Source: Giardia intestinalis
Taxonomy: Eukaryota
Reading direction: 5' to 3' (one strand)
DNA: 64,000 nucleotides
NCBI GenBank assembly: GCA_000002435.2
Contig: CM018789.1
Shown here: positions 41,211 to 51,712 of the stretch, one piece after another
Layout of the letters: the number at the start of each line of letters is the position of its first letter
Position numbering within the stretch: position 1 is the stretch's first letter
Made by a program: the position numbers and the translations under genes
The notes under the pieces: generated by a model
Seen by the model: only the letters and a program-made list of their open reading frames with translations
Told to the model about the DNA's origin: nothing
Databases searched by the model: none

Positions 41211-42749
41211 ATGAAGGCGGTGCACCCAAGCTTCTCTCTGGAGGACGCTCACCGCGCCTATGAATCTAAGGATTATAAGACAGCAGTATCTGTCTACAGA
41301 GATATTCTTCTTCAAATTGAGGATGAGTCCGCCATAGCAGATCTAAATATTTGTCGACACTTCTTTGCCTTTGGTAAGTCTCTTCTGGAATATGCACGTC
41401 ACTTCAACAAGGAATACACCGATTATTTACAGCAGAGAGAAGAATATGCAGAGGTCAAAGGAAGCCTACCTGTGGGCATGGCCGAAGAAGACGAAACTAG
41501 TGAGGAGCTTCAAGACCTGACGTCCATTTTGCCTCCCGAGAAATATTTCGATATGGCAAAGCAGGTTTTCGGGGTCGCTGTGACAATTGCACAGAATGCC
41601 ATTGTTGAAGCACTTAATGGCATGGACATGAAAAAGGCAGCCATATCTGCCTCTCTAGGACCATCTAGTAGCGAGGTTACAAGGCAAATTAAATTCAAAC
41701 GGGTCTCTGATGCATGTAGAGAAGAGCTTAAGCTTCCGGTCAACCTATGTTTTAGCTCTATGTACAATTTGATGCTTTGCAAGTTAGAACAAGGGATATC
41801 CGTGACACTGGAATTTAAGGAGCTGTTTGCTGTCGCAATAGACCACGGGTTCTCTGTAACAGAGATGATTGACGGGACATTTGCGCTCTACACATTCTTC
41901 AACGTTCTTTCGGATTACTATGAAGAGAAAAAGCTTAAAAAATCCCTGGAAGAGTTTGAAAAGACGGTAGGCACAGTGCCTACTGCTGATTCGCCTGAGA
42001 ATGCAGATAGGGATGTTATGCAGCTGTCACATGTCTCCACAAGCTCTACCACGGATGCGGAAGTTCCGCCAGAAGAACTCCTAATAGAAATCTTGAAAGA
42101 TTTACACACCTATTACTCCGTTTGTCTGGCAAACGCTAAAATCATGACCAAAAGAAGTGTACTGGGCCGTCTCCGGCAGACGAAGGAAGGCGCCACCATT
42201 GAGAGCGACGCCACTGAGAACTTGCGTCTTCTAGAGCGAAAGTTGCATAGCCTGAATTGCGGGTTCAAGAACTATTTAGTGGAAAAACATCTGTGTGCAA
42301 CAACGTTTGGACAGTCCACCAGAAAAAGCCAAATATGTAACTTTGGTCACGAGAGTATTAGTGACGGAGATGTCTCCTACGATTCTAATATCAAGGAGAA
42401 GAAGGCTTTAGTTGCAGATACTCAGCATCGAATTGTATCTCTGAGCACACTTAGAGCTTCTGGTGTCTCTGAAGAAACCATCAGTTCCCTAAGAGCCTCT
42501 ATTAGCGATCCAAATGGAACAGTGAAGCCTTCACACCACAGTGACGATGACAGCTCAGACGACGAGGACTTTGTTCCTTCTTCTTCCGAAGATACCTCCG
42601 ATGTGCTCATAAACTCTGGTTGCAGTTCCAGCAGTGAATCTGGCAAATCATCCACCCGGTCGTCCTCGGACTCCTCTTACTCTTCCTCCTCGTCCTCCCT
42701 ATCTTCCAGCTCCTCGTCGTCCTCGCCCACCTCATCCTCGTCAGATTAG
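41211..42749 (+). CDS. hypothetical protein with N-terminal TPR/helical region and a long Ser/Asp-rich acidic C-terminal tail (~512 aa)
   Basis: The ORF track starts at TTG 41175; the first ATG is at 41211 (MKAVHPSFSLEDAHRAYESKDYKTAVSVYRDILLQ…). The C-terminus (…HHSDDDSSDDEDFVPSSSEDTSD…SSSDSSYSSSSSSLSSSSSSSSPTSSSSD) is low-complexity. A NASP/SHNi-TPR-like helical head is possible but not demonstrable. Confidence 0.4.
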   Translation: MKAVHPSFSLEDAHRAYESKDYKTAVSVYRDILLQIEDESAIADLNICRHFFAFGKSLLEYARHFNKEYTDYLQQREEYAEVKGSLPVGMAEEDETSEELQDLTSILPPEKYFDMAKQVFGVAVTIAQNAIVEALNGMDMKKAAISASLGPSSSEVTRQIKFKRVSDACREELKLPVNLCFSSMYNLMLCKLEQGISVTLEFKELFAVAIDHGFSVTEMIDGTFALYTFFNVLSDYYEEKKLKKSLEEFEKTVGTVPTADSPENADRDVMQLSHVSTSSTTDAEVPPEELLIEILKDLHTYYSVCLANAKIMTKRSVLGRLRQTKEGATIESDATENLRLLERKLHSLNCGFKNYLVEKHLCATTFGQSTRKSQICNFGHESISDGDVSYDSNIKEKKALVADTQHRIVSLSTLRASGVSEETISSLRASISDPNGTVKPSHHSDDDSSDDEDFVPSSSEDTSDVLINSGCSSSSESGKSSTRSSSDSSYSSSSSSLSSSSSSSSPTSSSSD

Positions 42750-42800
42750 CTTGTAAACTGCGCAACCACACAGTGCCTGTGCTAGATATTTACTCATTAC

Positions 42801-44177
42801 TCAGTCCTTCTTGTTTATCGCACTAATAGCAGCAACGTTGAGCGTATTCCACGGGTTGTTGTAGTGGGGCTGGAAGAAAAAGTCCTGGACAGCCATCTTT
42901 TCAATCGTGTACCTGTTCTGGATACACACAGCAAGTGCATTCATGACCTGGTTGACAGACGCTTCCGACATCATTTGCCCACCAAGGACCCGGTGCGTAT
43001 CCCCGTCGTAGACAAGCTTCACCATGACGTTTGCGTTGGTTGGCATAAACCCAGGCCTGTCCGTGTCATTAATGATGACGGATTTAACATTCTTGATGCC
43101 AGCAAGTAAGGCGCCCTCCTCCGTCAGGCCCGTTGAAGCCATATGGTGCTTGAATATGCGGATCCCCGACGTGCCCTCCGTTCCGATAAGCCTGAGGTGC
43201 TTCAGCTTGAGGATATGCGCAGCAGCGGCCAGGCCTGTACGGATGGCATTAGTTGCAAGGGGCATGTACCTATCCTCATCTGTGACCGTGTAGTGGATCG
43301 TCGCACAGTCTCCAATGGCGTATACACCGGGCAGACTCGTCCTCGCACACTCATCAATGATGATCGCCTTCGATGGGTGGTGAACGTCGAGTTTGACACC
43401 GTGACGCTCCGCAGACTCCAGGATCATCTCCGTGACTGGGCGGAAGCCGATACAAAGAATAGCCGCGTCTCCACTGTAGACACCCTTACTGGTCCTGACA
43501 ACAATCTTGCCATCGTCCTCGTCAAAGGCCTCCAGTCTCTCACCCATCTGGAGCTGAACGCCATGGGCACGCATCTCATCCTCGCAGATGTCAGTGAATT
43601 CCTTGTCGAAGTTACGAGACATGATCCTACCAGAGCCGTCAATAAGCGTGCACGGCTGGTTCTTCAGCCCGAAGGCCTCGGCAAGCTCGACACCGATGTA
43701 CCCCGCCCCGATAACTACGCAGTGCTTGGTGTTCTCCTCGTGAGAAAACGTTTCGACGATTTTCTTGGCGTGCATATAGTTCTTGCAGAGAAGGACCTTG
43801 TCGCTCTTGATGCCCGGGATGTCAGGGATGATTGGCCAGGAGCCCGTGGCAAAGACAATCTTGTCATACCTCTCCGTCACAGTCTCATTGGTCACGAGGC
43901 TAACTGCGGTAAGCTTCTTGGTAGTAAAGTCGATATCCGTGACGTTGTACTGCATGTGGCAGACACACCCGAGTCCCGCAAGGTCATCCGGGTTGGAGTA
44001 AAAGAGCGACTCCATGTCCTTAACCGTCCCGTGGACACCGAGAGCTATCCCGCAGGACAGAAAAGACAGGTTGTCGTTTCTCTCGTAGATGGAGACCTCG
44101 ATGCTTGGGTCATGCTGCTTGATGGTCTTCGCGACGGCTGTTCCACCGTGGTTGCACCCAAGGATGATGACCTTCAT
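42801..44177 (-). CDS. nox: FAD-dependent pyridine nucleotide-disulfide oxidoreductase: H2O-forming NADH oxidase (~458 aa)
   Basis: The ORF track ORF extends upstream to 44321. The conserved start MKVIILGCNHGGTAVAKTIKQ (ATG verified at 44175-44177, minus) is the canonical dinucleotide-binding N-terminus of the NADH oxidase/CoA-disulfide reductase family. It is followed by the active-site region SFLSCGIALGV…, the second Rossmann motif CVVIGAGYIGVELAEAF, and a C-terminal dimerisation domain. Confidence 0.85.
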   Translation of the reverse strand: MKVIILGCNHGGTAVAKTIKQHDPSIEVSIYERNDNLSFLSCGIALGVHGTVKDMESLFYSNPDDLAGLGCVCHMQYNVTDIDFTTKKLTAVSLVTNETVTERYDKIVFATGSWPIIPDIPGIKSDKVLLCKNYMHAKKIVETFSHEENTKHCVVIGAGYIGVELAEAFGLKNQPCTLIDGSGRIMSRNFDKEFTDICEDEMRAHGVQLQMGERLEAFDEDDGKIVVRTSKGVYSGDAAILCIGFRPVTEMILESAERHGVKLDVHHPSKAIIIDECARTSLPGVYAIGDCATIHYTVTDEDRYMPLATNAIRTGLAAAAHILKLKHLRLIGTEGTSGIRIFKHHMASTGLTEEGALLAGIKNVKSVIINDTDRPGFMPTNANVMVKLVYDGDTHRVLGGQMMSEASVNQVMNALAVCIQNRYTIEKMAVQDFFFQPHYNNPWNTLNVAAISAINKKD

Positions 44178-44352
44178 TGCCCTTCTTTGTTTTTGGTCTC
44201 CAAAAGTCAAATTAATTAAATTTATATCTTGAAGAGTAAGTTTGACATTTTGCATGCGCCCTGTCACACCGTCGACGCATCCCAGATTTACTTGCCCAGA
44301 CACGAATCTGTACAAGACCAATATTTACAAAGAAATCCGTTTCAATCCTAAA

Positions 44353-47340
44353 TCACGGTAGATCGGCATCCAACATATTAATTCTGGCTGTCAGGGCCAC
44401 TATAGTTTTGTCCCTGGCTTGTAGCTCATTCTTCAGCTGCTCAATCTCCGCCTGGAGAACGGAGTCAATCGCTGAAGAGTCCAGAGAGTTCATCAGGGCA
44501 TCACGCAGCTTTGCCACCTCCCTCTTCTTATCACGAAGCTCTTCTCTGATATTGTCAAGCTCTGTCTTAGATGACTGTGGTAACGATGCCGTGTTAGCTG
44601 ACGGTAAATACATGGTTCCCTCCCGAGTAGAGTTGTATGTAGCCGTACTCAATAGGCTCTTCATCTGCTGATCCTGAGACTTTATGGCCATGCGCAAGTT
44701 AGCTGTTTCTTTATCTTTCTCTTCAACGGTACTTCGAAGACACGTAAAAGCTGTTTCCTGACTGGCAATGGATTGCTTCAGCCTATCAACCAGTTTATCT
44801 TTGGCCCGTAATTCTCCGCGGAGACGGTCTATCTCGGTCTTTTGCAATTGCTGAAGGCTATCTGAGCCTGGACTGTTCTTTAACCTCTTAATTTCTAAGT
44901 CCCGAGACACTAGAAGCTTTCGGAGCCGTTCTACTTCGCACTCGCGCTCCTTAAACAACTGCTCATAGTCAACGCCGTCGCCTGCTCCATTCCTCGCACG
45001 CTCTATCGCCTGATCGCCCAAATTTGCAATGCAAGCACGCAGACGTTCTATTTCCTGATCCTTTTGGGCTATCAAATCAGAGGACGGGAGGGGATCCTGG
45101 GGAACTATGTGACTGGCAGTCTTCAGAAGGGCATCCTGTGCATCCTTAAGCTGTGATTCTAGCTCTGCAGTTCTCGCATGCATGTCAACCAATTCCTGTT
45201 CTAGAGCCTCGCGGGCCTTAGAAACTTCATCAGCATCCAGGATTTCGATGGGCTTTGCCGGTATGGGTGCTTGCTGAACGTCCTCAGCAGCAATCTGCGA
45301 TGCCGTTGCGGACGCAGGGGTATCGGAGGCCTCAGACGCCTCCCCTTTCTTCTTACCCTTCTTTGTTTTGTCCGCTTTGTCGTTCTTATCTGCCTTTGAC
45401 TTGGACGCTTTCCCACGAGCAGACAGAGGTGCTGACGGTGTGACAGATGCCGCCTGATTTGGTGTGGAGACTTGACCCGTTGACGTGGCATGAAGCTGCT
45501 CCTTCAGTTTCGCTATCTCGTCATCACGTTCCTGAATTTGGACTTTCAATGCTTCCCTTTCCTCATCAGAAAGTCCGCTCTGAACAGGGACAGCAGGAAC
45601 TGGCTTCTGCTCCTCGGCAGGGGTCTCCGCAATAGAAGTGTCGGATGACTCTGTTCCTTTCTTCCTATCTTTCTTCCCATGTTCTGATTTAGAGGCCTTA
45701 CTCTTCACCGATGCAGGTGCTGATAGAGCAGGTGATTCTTGTACGCCCTCCTTGGCTTCTAGCAGAAGAGTGGGAACTGGAGCAGCAGCCTTTAGAGATT
45801 GCTGGTACGACTGTTCGAAGAAGACTTCACAGAGAGAGCGAAGTCTCTCAATCTCAATGTCGCGCGCTTTAAGCAATGGCCCGAAGTCTGGTGCGCTCTC
45901 CGTAGTAAGCGGAAGCATTCTTTCTGCCAAGACAGGAAGCTGAGCAGTGATAGAGTCAGGATTGGGCGTTTCAGAGGGCTCTCCACCTCTGATGCTACCT
46001 CTTCTGCTTGTCTTTGCACTGGTTTTTGCACTAGTCTTAGCACTAGTCTTATCTCCGCGCTTTTTGTCTTCTTTTGCAGACCCCTTCTTGGCTTTAGAGG
46101 TAGATGTTTCCTCTTCTGGGGGAACCTCCGGCTTGACCACAGGTGGCTGGGCGCGTGCATCCTCTAGCTCAATCTTCAGTTGCCTTATCTCCTCCTCATG
46201 GGCATCTCGTAAACGCTTCAGCTCTGCCAGCTTTCCCTCTAAATCAATAACCTTCAATTGAAGAGCATTGGCGTCGGAATACTCAGACATCACACGGCCG
46301 GCAGAAGGAATATACACACTCGGCAGTTCATATGTATACTCGGTCTTATCAGAAAGACAGACACCCAACTTATCAATCTCTTGAAGCTGGGCTGCAGCGG
46401 ATGGCTTCTTCTTTCCTCCTGTTCCAACAAGTTTTTTAATGTCTTCATAAGACTTCTGTGCATCCCCATAAGAGGGAAGCGACTCTAACGCAGATAGTCT
46501 CTCTTTCAGCCCTTCTAAAAGAGAAACCGCTTCAGCAATCTCCTTTAACGCATTATCCGGAGTAGAATACTGACTGATGTGATACCTAGCAACAACTTCA
46601 TAGTAGTGCTTCTTAAAAAGAGCGGTGTACCAGAGTCCATAGTAAACGTCCGTGGCTTCCGAGAGCTTATCGAAAAACTCCGTTGCATGAGTAAAGTTGC
46701 GATGTGCCTTTGCCGCTTCTTGAGCTATCAAAGCTGGAGCTCCTTTCGCTGCGACGTACCTCGAGACTTCAGATTCGTATCCGCAGCCCCTGACAGTGTG
46801 GAGAATCGCCATCAGGTAGTTGCGATCGACAAAGTCACAGCCGGACGAGTCGGCAAGTGGCTGAATCTCCGAAACTATCTCTGACGCCTTTTCAAAAAGA
46901 TTTGCAGCCTGTGCGAAGAGACTCAGAACGTTTTCCTTCTGATCTGGACTCGACGCCTGGCGGGCCAACAAGACCCCCAGATTATACAGAATGTTAACGA
47001 CATCGATCATAAGCGGCTCTAGGAACGACGTTGCCTCGCCTGTAGCGGCAGCTTCTTCGAATATCCAGTGATGACTATGTTGTGAAATTAGCTCTTTGAA
47101 CTCCTTCGATGCCCACGGAAGCTGTTTGGCCAACGGCAACGCCAAAGAGTACGCCTCTTTAAGCGAGTCCATGTTTTTAACATCCGTACGCAAAGCACTG
47201 TACCTCTCGATAGTCTGAACTAGGTCCGAAGACGCTGATGCAGGCAGTCCGTCCCCCATATTTTGAATAGCCTTGAGCAGGGCATTATCATCTGCAGGCA
47301 CACGCAGCGGAAGCGCGAGAGCGCAAGGATTCTGATGCAT
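44353..47340 (-). CDS. BRO1-like domain protein with long coiled-coil and Lys/Ser-rich regions (995 aa), ALIX-like architecture
   Basis: ATG verified at 47338-47340 (minus). The N-terminal ~330 aa show BRO1-type helical patterns (…MIDVVNILYNLGVLLARQAS… cf. ALIX CVLFNCAALASQIAA; …SLFAQAANLFEKASE… cf. KHYQFASGAFLHIKE). The remainder is heptad coiled-coil with K/S/T/A-rich linkers. Confidence 0.45.
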   Translation of the reverse strand: MHQNPCALALPLRVPADDNALLKAIQNMGDGLPASASSDLVQTIERYSALRTDVKNMDSLKEAYSLALPLAKQLPWASKEFKELISQHSHHWIFEEAAATGEATSFLEPLMIDVVNILYNLGVLLARQASSPDQKENVLSLFAQAANLFEKASEIVSEIQPLADSSGCDFVDRNYLMAILHTVRGCGYESEVSRYVAAKGAPALIAQEAAKAHRNFTHATEFFDKLSEATDVYYGLWYTALFKKHYYEVVARYHISQYSTPDNALKEIAEAVSLLEGLKERLSALESLPSYGDAQKSYEDIKKLVGTGGKKKPSAAAQLQEIDKLGVCLSDKTEYTYELPSVYIPSAGRVMSEYSDANALQLKVIDLEGKLAELKRLRDAHEEEIRQLKIELEDARAQPPVVKPEVPPEEETSTSKAKKGSAKEDKKRGDKTSAKTSAKTSAKTSRRGSIRGGEPSETPNPDSITAQLPVLAERMLPLTTESAPDFGPLLKARDIEIERLRSLCEVFFEQSYQQSLKAAAPVPTLLLEAKEGVQESPALSAPASVKSKASKSEHGKKDRKKGTESSDTSIAETPAEEQKPVPAVPVQSGLSDEEREALKVQIQERDDEIAKLKEQLHATSTGQVSTPNQAASVTPSAPLSARGKASKSKADKNDKADKTKKGKKKGEASEASDTPASATASQIAAEDVQQAPIPAKPIEILDADEVSKAREALEQELVDMHARTAELESQLKDAQDALLKTASHIVPQDPLPSSDLIAQKDQEIERLRACIANLGDQAIERARNGAGDGVDYEQLFKERECEVERLRKLLVSRDLEIKRLKNSPGSDSLQQLQKTEIDRLRGELRAKDKLVDRLKQSIASQETAFTCLRSTVEEKDKETANLRMAIKSQDQQMKSLLSTATYNSTREGTMYLPSANTASLPQSSKTELDNIREELRDKKREVAKLRDALMNSLDSSAIDSVLQAEIEQLKNELQARDKTIVALTARINMLDADLP

Positions 47341-47421
47341 CTTTTTATTGCCGCCAAAAAAGTGGAGTGCTCAAAAATTAAAAAAATTAAAAAGCTCAAA
47401 AAGCTGGTTACTGGTCCTTGA

Positions 47422-48000
47422 ATGACGAGTTACCAGAAGGAGCTGCCGGTAGATTGCTTTGAGCACGTGTTACCAGACGAGTATAATACACGCAAAATCC
47501 CACGGGCAGAGTATATAGAAGATATTGCCGACTTTGTAAGGCAGCACGGCGATGATGCGGCTGCCGCGATCGCAGCTCTCCAGGAGAAATTGCAGAAGTA
47601 CAGCTTCATGCTGGACGTCGTCCAGAAGCAGAAAAATTCCCTTGTCGGCTCGACGGCTGACCTTAGAGAGAATCTGGACCTCATAGATTATTTGGAGAAG
47701 CAGGAAAGCGCTTTTGAGGCGAGGTATGAGCTGGCTGCCGGCGTATATGCCAAGGCGATGATCCCAAAAAGCGACCAGGTATCACTCTGGCTCGGAAGCC
47801 ACGTTATGGTGGAGTTTCCGCACGGAGAGGCTCGGTCCCTACTCAAAAAAAATCTGGGTGACGCCGAGCAGAGCATAGCAGAAATGGCGAAGAATCTTCA
47901 GTTTATTAAGGAGCAGATCACAATGATAGAGGTCAGTATCAGCCGGGTCTTCAACTGGGACGTCCAGAGAGTAAAAACTTCAGGAGACATTATCGAGTAA
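47422..48000 (+). CDS. prefoldin subunit 3 (VBP1/PFD3, alpha-class prefoldin), 192 aa
   Basis: ATG verified at 47422. Block-wise match to VBP1: IPRAEYIEDIADFVRQ (cf. IPGAVFIEDVDSFMKQ), QVSLWLGSHVMVEFPHGEARSLLKKNL (cf. [27 protein letters not shown]), SRVFNWDVQRVK (cf. ARVYNWDVKRR). Confidence 0.85.
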   Translation: MTSYQKELPVDCFEHVLPDEYNTRKIPRAEYIEDIADFVRQHGDDAAAAIAALQEKLQKYSFMLDVVQKQKNSLVGSTADLRENLDLIDYLEKQESAFEARYELAAGVYAKAMIPKSDQVSLWLGSHVMVEFPHGEARSLLKKNLGDAEQSIAEMAKNLQFIKEQITMIEVSISRVFNWDVQRVKTSGDIIE

Positions 48001-48033
48001 TTATCGAGTAAATCGGGAAATTTTAGAGCAGGC

Positions 48034-48837
48034 ATGCGCGGCAGCGGAGCCCTGCTGCTTATGCTGGGCCAGGCATCGACCCAGGGCGTCATCATCGTGA
48101 CTCGCTCCCTGAAATATCAGCCGTATGCTCAGACAGTGTCCGATAAAGTTCACTTTGCATGTATCGCACTCGTCGCTGCATTTTGCTTATCCTCTTTCCT
48201 CCTCCATGTATATGGTGACGAGGCTCAGAAAGAGCTGTTTTGGAAGCTTTTGACAAAGCCTGTGCCCGTTTCAACTTTGTGGCTGGTGACACTACAACCG
48301 CTTTTGCTTCTGCTCTCAGCACTTAGGCACAGGCACTACAAGAGCAACATTGCGGAGGAGCAGTTCAGCGAACTCTTGTATAGTCTTGTAATAGCCCCCG
48401 TCGCAGAAGAGGTAATGTACCGGCTCATGGTAGAGGCGCTCTTTCAACCACTCGACTACATGCCTATGTCACGAATAGTGATAAGCAACAGCTTCTTCGC
48501 GCTCCTCCACTTTCTTGCCATAAGGGACAGGTACCGCTTTGCTCAGACCCTGATTGCCAAGGCGTCGATACTCCTCAATGCCGGCCTTACCGTGGTTCTC
48601 CAGGCCACGCTATTCGGGGTATGGAGTGAGATGATGCTAGCAGTTACAGGCTCCATCTGGCCCTCCATCATCATCCACAGCATCTGCAACTACATCGGCC
48701 CACCGCGAATGATCACGTCCAAAGATTGGTACATCAATGCCATAGGACTCTGCTGCTTCCTCCTAAATATCATCATCGTCTGCGAGCTCCATGGTATCCC
48801 CGTTTCACAGACCCTATTTGTCCGATTTAGTAATTGA
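48034..48837 (+). CDS. CAAX prenyl protease 2 (RCE1 / CPBP-family intramembrane protease), 267 aa
   Basis: ATG verified at 48034. It is a multi-pass hydrophobic protein carrying the three CPBP catalytic motifs in order: EEVMYR (EExxxR), FFALLHF (FxxxH) and HSICNYIG (HxxxN). Confidence 0.72.
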   Translation: MRGSGALLLMLGQASTQGVIIVTRSLKYQPYAQTVSDKVHFACIALVAAFCLSSFLLHVYGDEAQKELFWKLLTKPVPVSTLWLVTLQPLLLLLSALRHRHYKSNIAEEQFSELLYSLVIAPVAEEVMYRLMVEALFQPLDYMPMSRIVISNSFFALLHFLAIRDRYRFAQTLIAKASILLNAGLTVVLQATLFGVWSEMMLAVTGSIWPSIIIHSICNYIGPPRMITSKDWYINAIGLCCFLLNIIIVCELHGIPVSQTLFVRFSN

Positions 48838-48974
48838 TTCTGTATCCATTTTTAGATATGCAAAAGCCGAATAGAATTCCGCCCACCCAGGCTTTCCTAG
48901 AAGATAATCAGTCGCTGCGACCCCGTGCGAATGTTGCCTTCCGAAATCAAAAAAATCACAATTGATTTTGATCT

Positions 48975-49003
48975 GACGATCAGGACGCCGGGAAAATAAA
49001 ATC
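48975..49003 (+). promoter_or_regulatory. AT-rich initiator-type 5' leader of HSP70
   Basis: …gccgggaaaataaaatcATG sits immediately upstream of the HSP70 start; Giardia-type short A/T-rich initiator. Confidence 0.35.
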
Positions 49004-50998
49004 ATGGCAACTGCACCGGCTGTAGGCATCGACCTCGGAACCACTTACTCCTGCGTTGGCGTTTATCAGAACGAAAAAGTGGAGATCATCGCCAATGAGC
49101 AGGGCGCGTACACCACGCCCTCCTACGTCGCCTTCACGGATGCAGAGCGTCTCATCGGCGACTCCGCCAAGAACCAGTGCGCCCTCAATCCTGAGAATAC
49201 CATCTTCGACGCCAAGCGCTTGATCGGTCGCAGGTTCAACGACCCTGAAGTGCAGGCAGACCTCAAGCACTTCCCGTTCAAGGTCATCTGCGGCCCCGAC
49301 GAGAAGCCCCAGATCCAGGTTGTCTACAAGGGTGAGACGAAGACGTTCACTCCCGAGGAGATCTCCTCCATGGTCCTCACCAAGATGAAGGATATCGCCA
49401 GCGACTACCTCGGCAACAAGGTCACCGAGGCCATCGTCACCGTCCCTGCGTACTTCTCTGATGCGCAGCGCAAGGCTACGCAGAACGCCGGCACGATTGC
49501 TGGGCTTAACGTCCTCCGCATCATCAACGAGCCCACTGCCGCTGCCATCGCCTATGGGCTCGACAAGTCTACGTCCAAGAAGGAGCGCAACATCCTCATC
49601 TTTGACCTCGGTGGTGGGACGTTCGATGTCTCCCTCCTGACTGTCGACCCCAGCTCCGGCGTCTTTGAGGTCAAGGCCACGGCTGGCGACACTCACCTGG
49701 GCGGCGAGGACTTCGACTCGCGCGTCGTGAACTACTTCATCGCCGAGTTTAAGAAGAAGCACGGGAAGGATATCTCCGGTAGCAACAGGGCGATGCGTCG
49801 CCTGCGCACTGCCTGTGAGCGCGCTAAGCGCACTCTTTCCTCGAGCCAGCAGGCGTCTATCGAGATAGAGTCTCTTTTCGAGGGCATAGACTTCTTCACT
49901 AACATCACAAGGGCGAAGTTCGAGGATCTTTGCATTGACCTCTTCCGTAAGTGCCTGGACCCCGTTGATCGCGTTCTCCGCGATTCCAAGCTCGGAAAGA
50001 ACGACGTCCACGACATTGTTCTTGTCGGTGGGTCCACGCGTATCCCGAAGGTCCAGCAGATGCTCAGGGACTTCTTCAACGGCCGCGAGCTCAGCAAGAA
50101 CGTCAACCCCGACGAGGCTGTCGCCTACGGGGCGTCTGTCCAGGCCGCCCTCCTGTCCTCTTACAAGGATCAGGCCGGAAGCGGTGCAATCAACGACATC
50201 CTGCTTCTCGATGTCACGCCTCTCTCGCTCGGTATCGAGACGTCTGGCACCAACATGACGACCCTCATCCCGCGCAATACCACTGTGCCAGTATCTAGGA
50301 AGGAGACCTTCACGACCTACGCCGACAACCAGACAACCGTTACAATCAGGATCTTCGAGGGCGAGCGGCCGCTCACGAAGGACAACAACTTGCTCGGTAC
50401 GTTCGACCTCGGCGGCATTCCCCCCGCGCCCCGTGGCACACCAAAGATAGAAGTCACCTACGACGTCTCCGCCGACGGCGTTCTCACAGTCACAGCCAAG
50501 GACCTCGGCGGCACAGGAAACTCCAAGCAACTCTCGATCAACCAGAACGCCAACCGCCTTTCGCAGGAGGAGATCGACCGCATGGTCAAGGACGCTGAGC
50601 GCTTTGCCAAGGAGGACGAGAAGATCCGCGAGGGCCAGAAGGCCCGGAACGAGCTCGAGAGCCTCGTCTTCAGCGTGAAGTCCACCCTCGGCGAGGGCAA
50701 GGTACAGATCTCAGATGACGATAAGAAGAAGATCGAGACGGCCGTCAACGAATGCGCGACCTGGCTTGAGAACAACAAGGTCGGCGACAAGGAGCAGTTC
50801 GAGGCCAAGAAGAAGGAGCTGGAGGCGATCGTCCATCCCGTTATGGCTGCTGGCATGGGCGCGGCCGGTATGCCGCCGGGAGGCTTCCCTGGTGGCATGC
50901 CTCCTGGTGGGTTCCCCGGCGGATTCCCTGGCGGGATGCCCGGTGGCGCGGCCCCAGGCGGTGCCCCTGCGGGTCCCAGTGTCGATGATCTGGACTAA
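49004..50998 (+). CDS. HSP70: cytosolic heat-shock protein 70 (HSP70), 664 aa
   Basis: ATG verified at 49004. Diagnostic Hsp70 signatures are present: [36 protein letters not shown], and the substrate-binding domain. The C-terminal GGMPGG-type Gly/Pro/Met repeats end in …PSVDDLD. Confidence 0.97.
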   Translation: MATAPAVGIDLGTTYSCVGVYQNEKVEIIANEQGAYTTPSYVAFTDAERLIGDSAKNQCALNPENTIFDAKRLIGRRFNDPEVQADLKHFPFKVICGPDEKPQIQVVYKGETKTFTPEEISSMVLTKMKDIASDYLGNKVTEAIVTVPAYFSDAQRKATQNAGTIAGLNVLRIINEPTAAAIAYGLDKSTSKKERNILIFDLGGGTFDVSLLTVDPSSGVFEVKATAGDTHLGGEDFDSRVVNYFIAEFKKKHGKDISGSNRAMRRLRTACERAKRTLSSSQQASIEIESLFEGIDFFTNITRAKFEDLCIDLFRKCLDPVDRVLRDSKLGKNDVHDIVLVGGSTRIPKVQQMLRDFFNGRELSKNVNPDEAVAYGASVQAALLSSYKDQAGSGAINDILLLDVTPLSLGIETSGTNMTTLIPRNTTVPVSRKETFTTYADNQTTVTIRIFEGERPLTKDNNLLGTFDLGGIPPAPRGTPKIEVTYDVSADGVLTVTAKDLGGTGNSKQLSINQNANRLSQEEIDRMVKDAERFAKEDEKIREGQKARNELESLVFSVKSTLGEGKVQISDDDKKKIETAVNECATWLENNKVGDKEQFEAKKKELEAIVHPVMAAGMGAAGMPPGGFPGGMPPGGFPGGFPGGMPGGAAPGGAPAGPSVDDLD

Positions 50999-51148
50999 CT
51001 GTGGTGTAAGGAGGTAAATTTCTTTGCTTTGCTTTCCATTCGTGCCACTCCTCTCCACGCCGCGCTTCCCGCCCCTTTCATCTGCGTGCAGGGCCGGTGG
51101 CAGAGCTGAGCGGCGGGCCACACCGGACGGTTTGCTCCTTAGAATTTA

Positions 51149-51712
51149 ATGTACGCGACCCGCCTGCAGCACCTCTGCAGCAAATATAGCCACCAGTCTC
51201 CTAATCCTAAAAAGGTGTCGGCTACCCGTCAACCACCGGCCATAAACGCTGGTCCATCTGGTCTTTACGATAACTATCAACGCAAAAAGGACCAAGAGCT
51301 GATAGAGGAGGCGACCTTCATGAACACTGGGCTGCTTCCCAAGGCTGTTAATAAGCTTTCTTCTGGGTATGCCCATAGACACCAGAAAACAGAATCTGCA
51401 AGCCCTTCAAAAGGCAAGTCGGCTACCGACCTACTGACTAAAACCGTAGCATGTAGAGCAGAGCCACTCATGAAAAACCAGCTGGCTTCTGACTCACGAC
51501 CACTTACTCGATCACTGCAGCTTGATTCTCAGTCGTCTCTAAAGTTGTCTACGCACTCTCATGTGCAGTTGCCGTACAAGGAGTTGGACAGGCTGGCTAC
51601 ATCTCGGGCGGAAGAGATAGAAATAGACTCTATCAAGATAGAACAGCTCTATTCCGCCAGAGTCACAAAGCTCGCACTGTCTCACAGAAGCCGTCTAGAC
51701 ATCCTATTATAG
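51149..51712 (+). CDS. hypothetical protein (187 aa), low-complexity S/T/Q-rich
   Basis: ATG verified at 51149-51151. It is the only sizeable ORF in the 1.2-kb gap between HSP70 and IMP4. No domain recognised, and it could be non-coding. Confidence 0.25.
   Translation: MYATRLQHLCSKYSHQSPNPKKVSATRQPPAINAGPSGLYDNYQRKKDQELIEEATFMNTGLLPKAVNKLSSGYAHRHQKTESASPSKGKSATDLLTKTVACRAEPLMKNQLASDSRPLTRSLQLDSQSSLKLSTHSHVQLPYKELDRLATSRAEEIEIDSIKIEQLYSARVTKLALSHRSRLDILL

Noticed and set aside
49732-50106. 124-aa antisense ORF within HSP70
   Set aside because: It lies inside one of the most conserved proteins known; it is an antisense artefact.
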